Below, one piece after another: positions 9,163 to 19,178 of a stretch of 64,000 nt of DNA (its first letter is position 1; each line of letters begins with the position of its first letter). The position numbers and the translations under genes are program-made. Below the pieces are notes generated by a model, which worked only from the letters and a program-made list of their open reading frames with translations, had not been told where the DNA came from and did no database searches. Source of the stretch: an uncultured Chitinophagaceae bacterium (GTDB lineage: Bacteria > Bacteroidota > Bacteroidia > Chitinophagales > Chitinophagaceae); contig CAWGWV010000032.1 of the NCBI GenBank assembly GCA_963826385.1, positions 77,220-141,219 of the forward strand, given 5' to 3'.

Positions 9163-11352
9163 ATGTCGTTACGGTTTCAGGCTATCAACAACTTAACGAG
9201 TCATTTGCAAACGCCGATCGAGGAATCTGCAAAGATTACCGGGATATTCGGTGAACATGTTTTTACTACAAAAAAAGCACGCGAATTTCTTAGCGATGAA
9301 GCATACAAAAGCCTTACAGGTAGTGTGAAGGGAGGAAAAAAAATTGACCGCTATGTAGCCAGCCAGATTGCCAGCGGCATAAGAAGTTGGGCAGAAAACA
9401 TGGGCGTTACACACTACACGCACTGGTTTCAGCCTTTGACCGGACTGACGGCTGAAAAGCATGACTCCTTCTTTACCATCAAAAGCGACGGCACGCCAAT
9501 CGAAGAATTTGACGGCGCTGCGCTCATACAACAGGAACCCGATGCCTCTTCTTTCCCAAGCGGTGGTTTGCGCGCCACTTTCGAAGCGCGCGGTTATACT
9601 GCGTGGGACCCGTCTTCACCACCATTCATTATGGAAATAGACAAGGGCAAAACGCTTTGTATCCCTACCATTTTCGTATCTTATACCGGCGAATCGCTCG
9701 ACTACAAAGCGCCATTGCTGAAAGCGCTTGAATCACTGAACAAATCGGCTGTGGAAGTAGCCAATTACTTCGATAAAAATGTTACAAAAGTTACCCCGAC
9801 CCTGGGCTGGGAACAGGAATATTTTATCGTTGACGAAGGCATGGCAAACGCCCGCCCCGACCTCGTTCAGTGCGGCCGTACCGTATTTGGAGCTGCGCCT
9901 GCAAAAGGTCAGCAACTGGAAGACCATTATTTCGGTTCTATTCCCGAAAGAGTCTATGGCTTTATGCGCGATTACGAGAACGAAGCCTACAAACTGGGCA
10001 TTCCCCTGCGCACGAGGCACAATGAGGTAGCACCTTCACAATTTGAGTGTGCACCCATATTTGAAGAAGTGAACATCGCTGTGGACCACAACGTGCTGCT
10101 GATGGATGTGATGACGCGTGTTGCCAAACGCCACGGGCTGGTAGTGCTGCTGCATGAAAAACCATTTGCCGGCATCAACGGTAGCGGTAAGCACAACAAC
10201 TGGAGCATGGCTACCGATACCGGCGTAAACCTGCTGGCACCGGGCAAAACGCCAAAGACCAACCTGATGTTCCTTACCTTCTTTGTGAACACCATCAAAG
10301 CTGTACACGATTATTCCGATTTGCTGCGGGCCGCCATCGCATCTGCTCCCAACGATCACCGTTTGGGTGCCAACGAAGCGCCACCCGCCATCATCTCCGT
10401 ATTCGTAGGTCAATATCTTGCCAAAGTATTGTCCGACATTGAAGCCCGCGTAGGCGAAAAATTCGATGAGCAGGACGAAGCCATCCTAAAACTCGATCTG
10501 CACCGCAGCATCCCCGAACTGATGCTCGACAATACCGACCGCAACCGTACTTCTCCGTTTGCTTTTACCGGTAACAAATTTGAATTCCGCGCCGTTGGTT
10601 CTTCTGCCAACTGTTCTAACTCCATGATCGTGCTGAACACCATTATGGCCGAAACACTGAAGAACTTTAAGTCTGAAGTTGATGGACTGATTGAAAAAGG
10701 TGAGAAGAAAGAAATCGCCATCATGCACGTCATTCAGAAATACATTGTCGACAGTAAAAAAGTATTGTTTGAAGGCGATGGTTACAGCGAAGAATGGGCT
10801 CAGGAAGCTGAAAAACGCGGACTTCCCAACCTGAAAACGACACCATTGGCTTTGGATGCCCTGATCACTGATAAAGCGAAGCACCTTTTCGAAAGCAACA
10901 ACGTGTACAACCACCTGGAGCTGGAAGCCCGTCACGAAATAGAGCTTGAAAAATATGTGAAAAAAGTGCAGATCGAAGCCCGCATCATGGGCGACCTCGC
11001 ACTCAACCACATCATCCCGGCTTCTATCAGCTACCAGACATCACTCGCCGAAAACATCAAAGGCTTGAAAGAAGCCGGTTTGCCCGAGTCTTCTTATTCG
11101 GTACAGATAGACCTCCTGAAACAAGTGTCTGAACACATACAGGTGATTTACGGCAGGGTCAATGAAATGGTAGAAGCGCGCAAAGTAGCCAACAACATGA
11201 CGGATACACGCGAAAGAGCCATCTCGTATTGCGATGAAGTAAAAGGCAAATATTTTGACGAAATCCGCTACCACGTAGATAAGCTGGAACATTTGATTGA
11301 CGACGACAAATGGACACTGCCGAAGTATCGTGAAATGCTGTTTTTACGCTAA
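9163..11352 (+). CDS. glnA: Glutamine synthetase type III
   Basis: 729 aa; HYTHWFQPLTG, EPDASSFPSGGLRATFEARGYTAWD, HEKPFAGINGSGKHNNWS, DRNRTSPFAFTGNKFEFR. Confidence 0.96.
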   Translation: MSLRFQAINNLTSHLQTPIEESAKITGIFGEHVFTTKKAREFLSDEAYKSLTGSVKGGKKIDRYVASQIASGIRSWAENMGVTHYTHWFQPLTGLTAEKHDSFFTIKSDGTPIEEFDGAALIQQEPDASSFPSGGLRATFEARGYTAWDPSSPPFIMEIDKGKTLCIPTIFVSYTGESLDYKAPLLKALESLNKSAVEVANYFDKNVTKVTPTLGWEQEYFIVDEGMANARPDLVQCGRTVFGAAPAKGQQLEDHYFGSIPERVYGFMRDYENEAYKLGIPLRTRHNEVAPSQFECAPIFEEVNIAVDHNVLLMDVMTRVAKRHGLVVLLHEKPFAGINGSGKHNNWSMATDTGVNLLAPGKTPKTNLMFLTFFVNTIKAVHDYSDLLRAAIASAPNDHRLGANEAPPAIISVFVGQYLAKVLSDIEARVGEKFDEQDEAILKLDLHRSIPELMLDNTDRNRTSPFAFTGNKFEFRAVGSSANCSNSMIVLNTIMAETLKNFKSEVDGLIEKGEKKEIAIMHVIQKYIVDSKKVLFEGDGYSEEWAQEAEKRGLPNLKTTPLALDALITDKAKHLFESNNVYNHLELEARHEIELEKYVKKVQIEARIMGDLALNHIIPASISYQTSLAENIKGLKEAGLPESSYSVQIDLLKQVSEHIQVIYGRVNEMVEARKVANNMTDTRERAISYCDEVKGKYFDEIRYHVDKLEHLIDDDKWTLPKYREMLFLR

Positions 11353-11370
11353 AAAATACACTGTTTAAAT

Positions 11371-11402
11371 AAAAAACCTCGTACACAATACGAGGTTTTT
11401 TT
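11371..11402. terminator. Bidirectional terminator between GSIII and aroE
   Basis: AAAAAACCTCGTA-cacaa-TACGAGGTTTTTT. Confidence 0.85.
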
Positions 11403-11467
11403 GTATGTCCATCTGTCGATACCAGGTCACAAATGAATGATGAATCCCGGTGAAACCGCAATTCGCT

Positions 11468-12212
11468 TTATATTTTCCGCTGTGTCCAGATGTTCCAGTT
11501 TTCCTCGGCTTGTATGGTCAGCATGTCGTACCCGTTTTGAGTGGCGGCGCCCTGCGTTTTGCCCAATGACAGAAACTTAGTCAATGGCGGGTTATAAACA
11601 AGATCAAAGAGGTAATGATCCGGTGTCAGCAAGTGGTAGGGAATATCCGGCGCTTCATCGGTGTTGGGCGATGTTCCCAGCGGCGTACAATTGATCACCA
11701 CAGTATATTCGCGCATCAGGTCTGCCGTAATCTCTGCATAGGTAAGTAAAGACGCGATGGTTTTGCTGCGCGAAACAACCAGGTAATGGATGTTCAGCTT
11801 TTGCAACACGTATTCCACCGCAGCAGACGCGCCACCGCTGCCCAATACAAGCGCATGCGTATGATGCGGCTGTAGTTGGGTAACAAACGATTTTTCAAAG
11901 CCTACAACGTCGGTATTAAAGCCATGCAGCGTTCCGTTGGCTACCCTGATGCAGTTGCACGCGCCCATTTGCTCCACTGCAGCTGTCATGGATTGCAAAT
12001 AAGGCAATACCTGCTTTTTGTAAGGAATGGTAACGGCCGAACCCCTGCAGATGTGGTTCTGCCGACAAAATACCGGGCAGCATCTCTATCCCGGCAATGG
12101 GAAAGTTTTTAAATTCTGCATCCGCAATCCCTTTCTCTGTAAACCTGGCGGTAAAATATTTTTGGGAAAACGAATGCGACAAAGGAAAACCAATAATGCC
12201 AAACGTGCGCAT
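11468..12212 (-). CDS. aroE: Shikimate dehydrogenase (frameshifted near 12010-12040)
   Basis: N-terminal GIIGFPLSHSFS; GACNC, GFNTDVVGF, LGSGGAS, INCTPLG, DLVYNP, NGYDML in the second frame. Confidence 0.92.
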
Positions 12213-12290
12213 GATAACAGCAGTTTAAAAGCCAGCAGGTACAAAGGTGAAAAAGGTGGTTGTCTTTATTGCCTGCCGGAACAATCGTGG

Positions 12291-13070
12291 TTACATTCTT
12301 TGTTTTGTTTCTTCATCAAGATACAGGTGAAACGTATCTCCGCGAAGCCCGATGCGCATGGTCTCCAGCGGAATCACTTCCGATGGTGCTATGTTCCCAA
12401 GGTTTACGTTGCAGCCCAGCAGTTCGAGAAAGTACAATTGCTGTTCTTTTTGCGGTGCTTCCCACAGTATTTTCTCGCACGGTATCTGGGTTAAAATTTC
12501 ATTGACCAGCCCTTCGCGCACTTCACCGCTGCCCCGGTAGATGCCTACGTTGCCGCCTTCGCGTGCTTCGGCTATCACATACGTAGAACCGGCTTCCAGT
12601 TCAGCGCGCATCAGTTCTATCCATTTATAGGGCGGGATGATGTGAGCGGCGTCTTTGCTGCCCACTTCACTCAGCACAATTCCATGTTTGGTTAATTTTT
12701 CGATGTAACCACACTTTTCGGCGTGCGGAATGGTAATAGAACCGTCACTTACTTCCATGTATTGAATGCCATAATCTTTGCATACGGCAATGTATTCGTC
12801 AATCTGGTTGCGGATCAGGAAGGCTTCAAACAGGGTGCCACCAAAATAAACCGGGATGTTATATGATTGATACGCTTCTATTTTATCCCGCAGGTTGGGT
12901 GTTACAAACGAAGTTCCAAAGCCCAGTTTGATCAGGTCAACATAAGGATGCGCGATGCTCAAAAAATTTTTGGCTTCATTCAGGCTCAATCCTTTATCCA
13001 TTACCATTGTAATACCGTTGGTGCGTGGCTGCTGCGTGCGTTCCGGTATTTGAAGAAGATTAAAATTCAT
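12291..13070 (-). CDS. comA: Phosphosulfolactate synthase (ComA/HSA32) family protein
   Basis: GITMVMDKG, IKLGFGT, GGTLFEA, EVSDG, SEVGSKD, IAEAREGG, WEAPQKEQQ, NVNLGNI, LETMRIGLRGDT. Confidence 0.9.
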   Translation of the reverse strand: MNFNLLQIPERTQQPRTNGITMVMDKGLSLNEAKNFLSIAHPYVDLIKLGFGTSFVTPNLRDKIEAYQSYNIPVYFGGTLFEAFLIRNQIDEYIAVCKDYGIQYMEVSDGSITIPHAEKCGYIEKLTKHGIVLSEVGSKDAAHIIPPYKWIELMRAELEAGSTYVIAEAREGGNVGIYRGSGEVREGLVNEILTQIPCEKILWEAPQKEQQLYFLELLGCNVNLGNIAPSEVIPLETMRIGLRGDTFHLYLDEETKQRM

Positions 13071-13196
13071 TCGTAGTTGTTTAGCGGCGGCAAAAATAAC
13101 AAACGGTGGGATAGCGCCATTTTTTAAAATTTAGATAAAATAGCTGCCCTGCCCAACTTTTGGTGCAATGCAGATTGCCAACTTCATCCGGAAGGT

Positions 13197-13793
13197 TTAT
13201 TGCTCTTTGATCGCTTTGTTCAAAAATTCAATCAGCTGATCCGTTGCTTTGCGCCGGTGGCTAAACCTGTTTTTCTCATCCATCGTCATTTCGGCAAAGG
13301 TCTTGTCGCCCCCATCCGGAATGAAAACAGCATCGTAGCCAAAGCCACCGCTGCCGCTGCGTTCGTGGGTAATAACGCCGTTGCACACGCCATCAAATGT
13401 GTACAGGGTATTATCGAGCAACAATGAAATGATGGTTTTAAACCGGGCAGACCTGTTTGTTTTACCCTGCAGGTTGTGCAACAGCAAATCGATGTTGGCT
13501 TCGAAATTTTTGTGGTCACCTGCGTAGCGGGCACTTCTGACGCCCGGCTCACCATTGAGGGCATCTACTTCAAGACCGGTGTCTTCGCCAAAACAGTTGT
13601 TGCCCGTCATGGCATGAATCACTTTCGATTTCTCGATGGCGTTTTCTTCCAGTGTGTCAAAAGGTTCAGGAATGTTGATGTCAATGCCGGCATCTTTCAG
13701 TGTCATGATGTGATATTGTTCGCCAACAATGTTTTTGATTTCATCGGCTTTGTGCTGATTGTTGGTGGCAAAAATCAAAGTAATCGGTCGCAT
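13197..13793 (-). CDS. rdgB: RdgB/HAM1 non-canonical purine NTP pyrophosphatase
   Basis: FATNNQHK, EDTGLEVDALNGEPGVRSARY, GFGYDAVF, SHRRKA. Start taken at MRPITLIF. Confidence 0.93.
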   Translation of the reverse strand: MRPITLIFATNNQHKADEIKNIVGEQYHIMTLKDAGIDINIPEPFDTLEENAIEKSKVIHAMTGNNCFGEDTGLEVDALNGEPGVRSARYAGDHKNFEANIDLLLHNLQGKTNRSARFKTIISLLLDNTLYTFDGVCNGVITHERSGSGGFGYDAVFIPDGGDKTFAEMTMDEKNRFSHRRKATDQLIEFLNKAIKEQ

Positions 13794-14041
13794 ATTCGTT
13801 CGCTTAAAAGATAGAAAGAATGAATTGAATTGACAGTAATGCCAGGTGTTCAAACATGCAGTTGCATCATGATATAACAAGCTGGTTGTCAGCAAGGAAT
13901 CGCTCTTTTCCGGTAAGTTCAATGGTTCCTGTATTGTTGTCCGCAGGCAGCCGTAGCGGAGAACAAATGCCTGTGGTAAAACAGGGGTAAATGCGGTGCT
14001 TTTTTTAACGGAAGCACGGATTGTACAGGGCGGCAATTGTA

Positions 14042-14560
14042 TTATTCGAAAATGGTTTTCAGGCTCATCCAGAGCTTTGTTTTTTCTACCCTTGCTTCTT
14101 TACTGTTTCCTATCATTTTGTGCAAGGCTGCGCTGCACAAAAATTTACAATTGCTAAAGTTCTGAACTTTGTAGTCCGGCATCAGAAACGGGAGCTGCAC
14201 ATCCTGTGTGGATACATCAAACATCAGGCAAACCCTTGGCTGCAGCTGTGCCAGGATTTCCTTGTAATCTACCGGCGTAGCGTTGAGATTGATGACCGCC
14301 ACGTCCTGCAGGGTCAGCTGCAGCGCCGACAGCATATTGGTAAGCAGTTTCAGGCTTTCTTCATCTGTGTACCGTTGCTTCCGATCGTTTAGCACGATGG
14401 TTACCTGCTTGTTATTGCCTCCTAAAAACCAACTTTCCGCTGCAGTCGCAGCTTCGGTAGTAACTGCCGGTGGCTGCTGCTGCATCATGTGTTCGCCGGT
14501 AACAACCAGCGAATTTTTATACAGGTCAACCAGCACAAAATCGGGAAGCTGAATTTTCAT
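14042..14560 (-). CDS. Conserved hypothetical protein, degenerate UDG-like / DNA polymerase III psi-like fold
   Basis: 172-aa ORF; LLTNMLSALQL and EKTKLWMSLK resemble family-4 UDG structural motifs, but no catalytic GEAPG or Cys ligands. Confidence 0.6.
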   Translation of the reverse strand: MKIQLPDFVLVDLYKNSLVVTGEHMMQQQPPAVTTEAATAAESWFLGGNNKQVTIVLNDRKQRYTDEESLKLLTNMLSALQLTLQDVAVINLNATPVDYKEILAQLQPRVCLMFDVSTQDVQLPFLMPDYKVQNFSNCKFLCSAALHKMIGNSKEARVEKTKLWMSLKTIFE

Positions 14561-14619
14561 AATGTTTTATAATTAAGCAAGCATCGTTTTCTTACTTTTG
14601 CCGGTAACAAATGTAGTGT

Positions 14620-15687
14620 ATGACAGCAGGATTAGCGTTTCCGCTTACAAAAGTTTTAGAAAGCAAGCTTACTTATACAAGTTTCGATAACCTGGTGTTT
14701 GGCAGAGATTTTACCGATTACATGCTGGAAGCCAACTTCGAAGATGGCGAATGGAAAGATGCTGAAATCAAGCCATTTCAGCCGCTTACTTTTTTGCCTT
14801 CCCTGGCTGCTTTGCACTATGGGCAGGCTATTTTCGAAGGCATCAAAGCTTACAAGCATCCGGATGGCAGTGCATATATTTTTCGCCCCTACGACAATTT
14901 CAAACGGTTCAATCTTTCGGCGAAGCGAATGCAGATGCCCGAAGTACCGGAAGAAATTTTCATGGACGGTTTGAAACAGCTGGTGTCGCTCGAAGAAATG
15001 TGGATTCCCGCCAAGCCCAATTATTCTTTGTATATCCGCCCTTTTATGTTTGCCACCGATGAGGCAATTGGTGTCCGTCCGTCTGATACGTATAAATTCT
15101 TGATCATCTTAAGTCCAACAGGTCCATACTATGCGGCCCCGATGAAGATATTGGTAGAAGAAACTTACACCCGCGCAGCGCCCGGCGGTGTTGGATTTGC
15201 CAAAAATGCCGGCAATTATGGCGCGAGCCTGCAGGCTGCGCAGAAAGCCAAAGACATGGGTTACGACCAGGTGTTGTGGACTGACGCGTTTGAGCACAAA
15301 TGGCTGCAGGAAGTAGGAACCATGAATGTGTTTTTCGCAATAGACAAGACTATTGTAACGCCCTCTCTTGACGAAGGAACCATCCTTGAAGGGGTTACCC
15401 GCGATAGTGCCATCCGCATCCTCACCGACATGAACCTGCCTGTAGAGGAAAGAAGCATCAACATAGACGAGTTGGTTGCTGCATATAAGGCGGGTAAAAC
15501 CATTGAAGTGTTTGGCACCGGTACGGCTGCCACCATTTCGTACATCAAAGAATTGCGGTACAAAGATGAAGTGATGCAGTTCAACACGGCGGAATGGACC
15601 ATCGCCCCGGAACTCAAAAAGCGGCTGACCGATATCCGCGAAGGCAATACAGAAGACAGTTATGGCTGGCTGATGCCCATCAAATAA
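14620..15687 (+). CDS. ilvE: Branched-chain amino acid aminotransferase
   Basis: LHYGQAIFEGIKAY, LYIRPF, GFAKNAGNY (PLP Lys), EVGTMNVF, ILEGVTRDS, GTGTAA. TACTTTTG -7 box at 14593-14600. Confidence 0.96.
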   Translation: MTAGLAFPLTKVLESKLTYTSFDNLVFGRDFTDYMLEANFEDGEWKDAEIKPFQPLTFLPSLAALHYGQAIFEGIKAYKHPDGSAYIFRPYDNFKRFNLSAKRMQMPEVPEEIFMDGLKQLVSLEEMWIPAKPNYSLYIRPFMFATDEAIGVRPSDTYKFLIILSPTGPYYAAPMKILVEETYTRAAPGGVGFAKNAGNYGASLQAAQKAKDMGYDQVLWTDAFEHKWLQEVGTMNVFFAIDKTIVTPSLDEGTILEGVTRDSAIRILTDMNLPVEERSINIDELVAAYKAGKTIEVFGTGTAATISYIKELRYKDEVMQFNTAEWTIAPELKKRLTDIREGNTEDSYGWLMPIK

Positions 15688-15773
15688 GGAGCTTTTCAGC
15701 ATTCATTCTCAGGGAGAAATGAGGCGCTGGCAAAATTTATATTTTTATTCTTGGAAGTTAAAAGGAAGGCGCT

Positions 15774-15781
15774 TACCTTTG
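15774..15781 (+). promoter_or_regulatory. -7 box of the rpsL-rpsG promoter
   Basis: TACCTTTG 30 nt upstream of the rpsL ATG. Confidence 0.65.
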
Positions 15782-15811
15782 CCGTCCTAAAAAAAATTTA
15801 ATTGGTTTAGA

Positions 15812-16219
15812 ATGCCAACAATACAGCAGTTAGTAAGAAAAGGTCGCGAAATCATCCGGGCGAAGAGCAAATCCAGAGCGTTGGATGCCTGTCCGCAGCG
15901 TCGTGGCGTTTGCACAAGGGTATATACTACAACACCAAAGAAGCCGAATTCTGCGCTGCGTAAAGTAGCCAAAGTTCGTTTGACAAATAAAGTAGAAGTC
16001 ATCGCATATATCCCGGGTGAAGGTCACAATCTCCAGGAGCACTCTATCGTATTGATCCGCGGCGGTCGTGTAAAAGATTTGCCAGGTGTTCGTTACCACA
16101 TTGTGCGCGGCAGTTTGGATACCGCCGGTGTTAAAGACCGCAAACAAAGCCGGTCTAAATACGGTACCAAGAAAGCAAAAGCCGGTGCAGCCCCTGCGCC
16201 AACCAAAGGAAAAAAATAA
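15812..16219 (+). CDS. rpsL: 30S ribosomal protein S12
   Basis: [36 protein letters not shown]. Confidence 0.99.
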   Translation: MPTIQQLVRKGREIIRAKSKSRALDACPQRRGVCTRVYTTTPKKPNSALRKVAKVRLTNKVEVIAYIPGEGHNLQEHSIVLIRGGRVKDLPGVRYHIVRGSLDTAGVKDRKQSRSKYGTKKAKAGAAPAPTKGKK

Positions 16220-16246
16220 TTTATCAAGCTATTATAATCTCTCACA

Positions 16247-16714
16247 ATGAGAAAATCGCAAGCTAAGAAGCTTCCTCTCGCGCCAGATTCCAAGTACAAC
16301 GATAAACTGGTTACCCGGTTTGTAAACAATCTGATGTGGCAAGGCAAAAAAAGTACAGCCATCAATATTTTTTACGATGCCATTGACAAAGTAGCCAAAA
16401 CCACCGGCGAAGACGGCTACGAAATCTGGAAACGCGCCCTCTCCAACGTTACACCAGCCGTAGAAGTACGCAGCCGCCGTATTGGTGGTGCTACCTTCCA
16501 GATCCCGACCGAAGTGCGCCAGGATAGAAAAGTATCTTTGAGCATCAAATGGCTCATTCGCTTTAGTCGCGACAGAAACGGACGTACCATGGCAGACAAA
16601 CTCGCAAACGAAATCGTTTCGGCCAGCAAAGGCGAAGGAGCTGCTTTCAAAAAGAAAGAAGATACTCACCGCATGGCAGAAGCCAACAAAGCGTTCTCTC
16701 ACTTTAAAGTATAA
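16247..16714 (+). CDS. rpsG: 30S ribosomal protein S7
   Basis: VRSRRIGGATFQIP, HRMAEANKAFSHF. Confidence 0.99.
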   Translation: MRKSQAKKLPLAPDSKYNDKLVTRFVNNLMWQGKKSTAINIFYDAIDKVAKTTGEDGYEIWKRALSNVTPAVEVRSRRIGGATFQIPTEVRQDRKVSLSIKWLIRFSRDRNGRTMADKLANEIVSASKGEGAAFKKKEDTHRMAEANKAFSHFKV

Positions 16715-16755
16715 TCGATTCCCGTTTTTACTTTCCAGGTGTTCATCATATTGAC

Positions 16756-16780
16756 AAAGCCCCCATGCGGGGCTTTCGTT
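16756..16780 (+). terminator. Terminator after rpsG
   Basis: AAAGCCCC-catgc-GGGGCTTT followed by a T-rich tail. Confidence 0.7.
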
Positions 16781-16791
16781 ATTTGGGTAAA

Positions 16792-16854
16792 ATTGGTACA
16801 GGACAAAAAAAGGCAGGCTGTTCACTAGCCTGCCTTTTTTTGTCCTGTACCAAT
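16792..16854. terminator. Long perfect inverted repeat; probable terminator of pyrH
   Basis: 28-bp arms ATTGGTACAGGACAAAAAAAGGCAGGCT / AGCCTGCCTTTTTTTGTCCTGTACCAAT with a 7-nt loop. Confidence 0.75.
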
Positions 16855-16866
16855 AGAGTTTGTTTG

Positions 16867-17586
16867 TTATGAAACCAGTGTGCCTACATTCATCCCCAGC
16901 ACCACTTCCAGCAGGTTGCCGGGTTTGTTCATATCAAATACGATGATGGGCAAATTGTTTTCCATACACAAGGTAAAAGCCGTCATGTCCATTACTTTCA
17001 GGTTGCGGCCAATGCACTCGTGATACGTAATTTTTTCATAGCGTGTTGCTGTGAGGTCTTTTTCCGGATCGGCGGTGTAGATGCCGTCTACACGGGTTCC
17101 TTTGAGAATCACGTCGGCTTTGATTTCAATGGCACGCAGTGAACCGGCGGTATCGGTGGTAAAATACGGGTTGCCGGTACCGGCGCCAAAGATCACCACG
17201 CGACCTTTCTCCAGGTGGCGGATGGCTTTGCGGCGGATATACGGTTCGGCGATCTGCTCCATCTTGATGGCGCTTTGCAGCCTGGTATAGACACCAATTT
17301 TTTCCAGCATCGCCTGCATCGCCATTCCATTGATCATGGTGGCCAGCATGCCCATATAATCGCCATGCGCGCGCTCGATACCACTATCAGCCTCATTCAT
17401 CCCTCTGTATATGTTTCCGCCACCAATTACAATGGCCACCTGTACGCCAAGATCGGTAACCGTCTTGATGTCGTTGGCATATTGTTCAATGATTTCCGGT
17501 GAAAAAGGATCGAAGCTGTTGGTTTTGTTGCCTAAAAAAGATTCGCCTGACAATTTTAAAACGATGCGTTTGTATTTTGGGAGCAT
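16867..17586 (-). CDS. pyrH: Uridylate kinase
   Basis: [43 protein letters not shown]. Confidence 0.98.
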   Translation of the reverse strand: MLPKYKRIVLKLSGESFLGNKTNSFDPFSPEIIEQYANDIKTVTDLGVQVAIVIGGGNIYRGMNEADSGIERAHGDYMGMLATMINGMAMQAMLEKIGVYTRLQSAIKMEQIAEPYIRRKAIRHLEKGRVVIFGAGTGNPYFTTDTAGSLRAIEIKADVILKGTRVDGIYTADPEKDLTATRYEKITYHECIGRNLKVMDMTAFTLCMENNLPIIVFDMNKPGNLLEVVLGMNVGTLVS

Positions 17587-17834
17587 GAAAATGTTTTAGT
17601 TTTTCCGGATGCAAATAGACTGAATTTTTAGCCAAATGCCAACTTAAAGTAAAGGCAACGCATTGGGCACGGTAGGATTGACGTCTCCCTTCCTGGCTGG
17701 CTTCCGGCTTTTCTCACCTGCCGGTTTTCTTTTACCGGGAACGCAAACTGCTGCCATCTTATCCTGTTGCACAACAGAAAACGTAGTGGTATGGCTTGAC
17801 GAATAAATTACAAAAAATCAATCAGCCTGTCGTC

Positions 17835-19094
17835 CTATTTGCTCCGGATGGCTTCTACGGGATTCATTTTAGCAGCTATCCGCGCCGGGATAATGCCCGA
17901 TACGATGCCCAGAACCACGCAGATGCTGAAGGCAAGCAGGATAATGTGTGGTGCAATCACGATCGGGAAAGGCAACACGCTGGTAAGTGCGAGTGATAGC
18001 AGGTACACGAGCGATAAGCCAAACAAGCCGCCGAGAATACAAAGAAAAGCGCTTTCGAGCAGGAACTCTGTGAGAATGGTGGTGCTTTTGGCACCGATGG
18101 CTTTTTTTAATCCGATCTGGCTGGTGCGTTCGCGTACCGTTACAAACATGATGTTGGCTACGCCAAACGCGCCGACAATCAATGACAACCCTGCAATTAC
18201 CCAACCGCCGATGTTAACAGAGCCAAAGAACGAACCCACCTGGTCGCTGAAAGCGGTCACGTCGTTGAGCGAAAAATTGTCTTCGCTGGTTGGGCTCAGC
18301 CTGCGCACCTGCCGCATAATGCCACGCAGCTCGTCTATGAGCGCTGCTGTGGGCACATTGGGCTTGCTGTTGACAAGGATAGAGGGCTGCATCGTATTGG
18401 CGTTGTTTACGTCCCAGATGCTGGCGTAATAGCGGTACGAAACAATGAGGCATTGGTCGTAATCGTAACCCCCAACAAACGATGATCCCTGCTTTTCTAT
18501 TATGCCGATGATTTGTACATGCCTGCCATTCATCGAAATAAAGTTGCCTTCGGCTTTCTGGGCAGTTCCAAACAGCAGTTCAGCATTTTTATAACCAATG
18601 ACAGCTACCGGGTTGCCACGCGTAAACTCGTTTTCGTTGATGTAACGCCCGTACTGAATGGTGAACGATTGTATTTTGTTGAAATCTTCCGATACGGCAT
18701 AGATGTTCACATTGCTGATCTGGCTGTTGCCGTGAGTGAGTGTTACGGTATTTGAACTGTTGAAGTAAGCAGCGTTGGCAGCCAACGTGCTTTTTTGTTT
18801 GATGAACTGTACTTCCTCAAACTTAACATTGGGACGGCTGATAAATTTCCACCACGGATAATCGGACGTGCTGGCATATTCCCACTTGTCTATGTAAATG
18901 GTATTGGAGCCAAGCGCCTGTACATCATTTTGTACTTTTCGTTCAAGACTGTCCACCGCCGCCAGCACACCAATGATACAAAAAATGCCAAATGCCACGC
19001 CCGTAAGCGACAAGGCACTGCGCAGCTTATTGTTGGTAAGTTCCTGTACCGACATTTTAAAACTGTTCCAAACAATACTGAAGACCCTGAGCAT
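17835..19094 (-). CDS. MacB/FtsX-type ABC transporter permease
   Basis: NKLRSALSLTGVAFG, large periplasmic domain, GVANIMFVTVRERTSQIGLKKAIGA, PARIAAKMNPVEAIR. Confidence 0.92.
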   Translation of the reverse strand: MLRVFSIVWNSFKMSVQELTNNKLRSALSLTGVAFGIFCIIGVLAAVDSLERKVQNDVQALGSNTIYIDKWEYASTSDYPWWKFISRPNVKFEEVQFIKQKSTLAANAAYFNSSNTVTLTHGNSQISNVNIYAVSEDFNKIQSFTIQYGRYINENEFTRGNPVAVIGYKNAELLFGTAQKAEGNFISMNGRHVQIIGIIEKQGSSFVGGYDYDQCLIVSYRYYASIWDVNNANTMQPSILVNSKPNVPTAALIDELRGIMRQVRRLSPTSEDNFSLNDVTAFSDQVGSFFGSVNIGGWVIAGLSLIVGAFGVANIMFVTVRERTSQIGLKKAIGAKSTTILTEFLLESAFLCILGGLFGLSLVYLLSLALTSVLPFPIVIAPHIILLAFSICVVLGIVSGIIPARIAAKMNPVEAIRSK

Positions 19095-19178
19095 ACTTCA
19101 AACTTATGTCAAAAAGAGGATGCCGTGGCGGCGGCGACCTTTTTTTACATGAATGGTAAACAGCCTTTTTTTGTCAAC

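Noticed and set aside
13794-14036. 80-aa N-terminal extension of RdgB in the ORF track
   Set aside because: No recognisable domain; homology begins at MRPITLIF and a TATCTTTT promoter-like box lies just upstream of that ATG.
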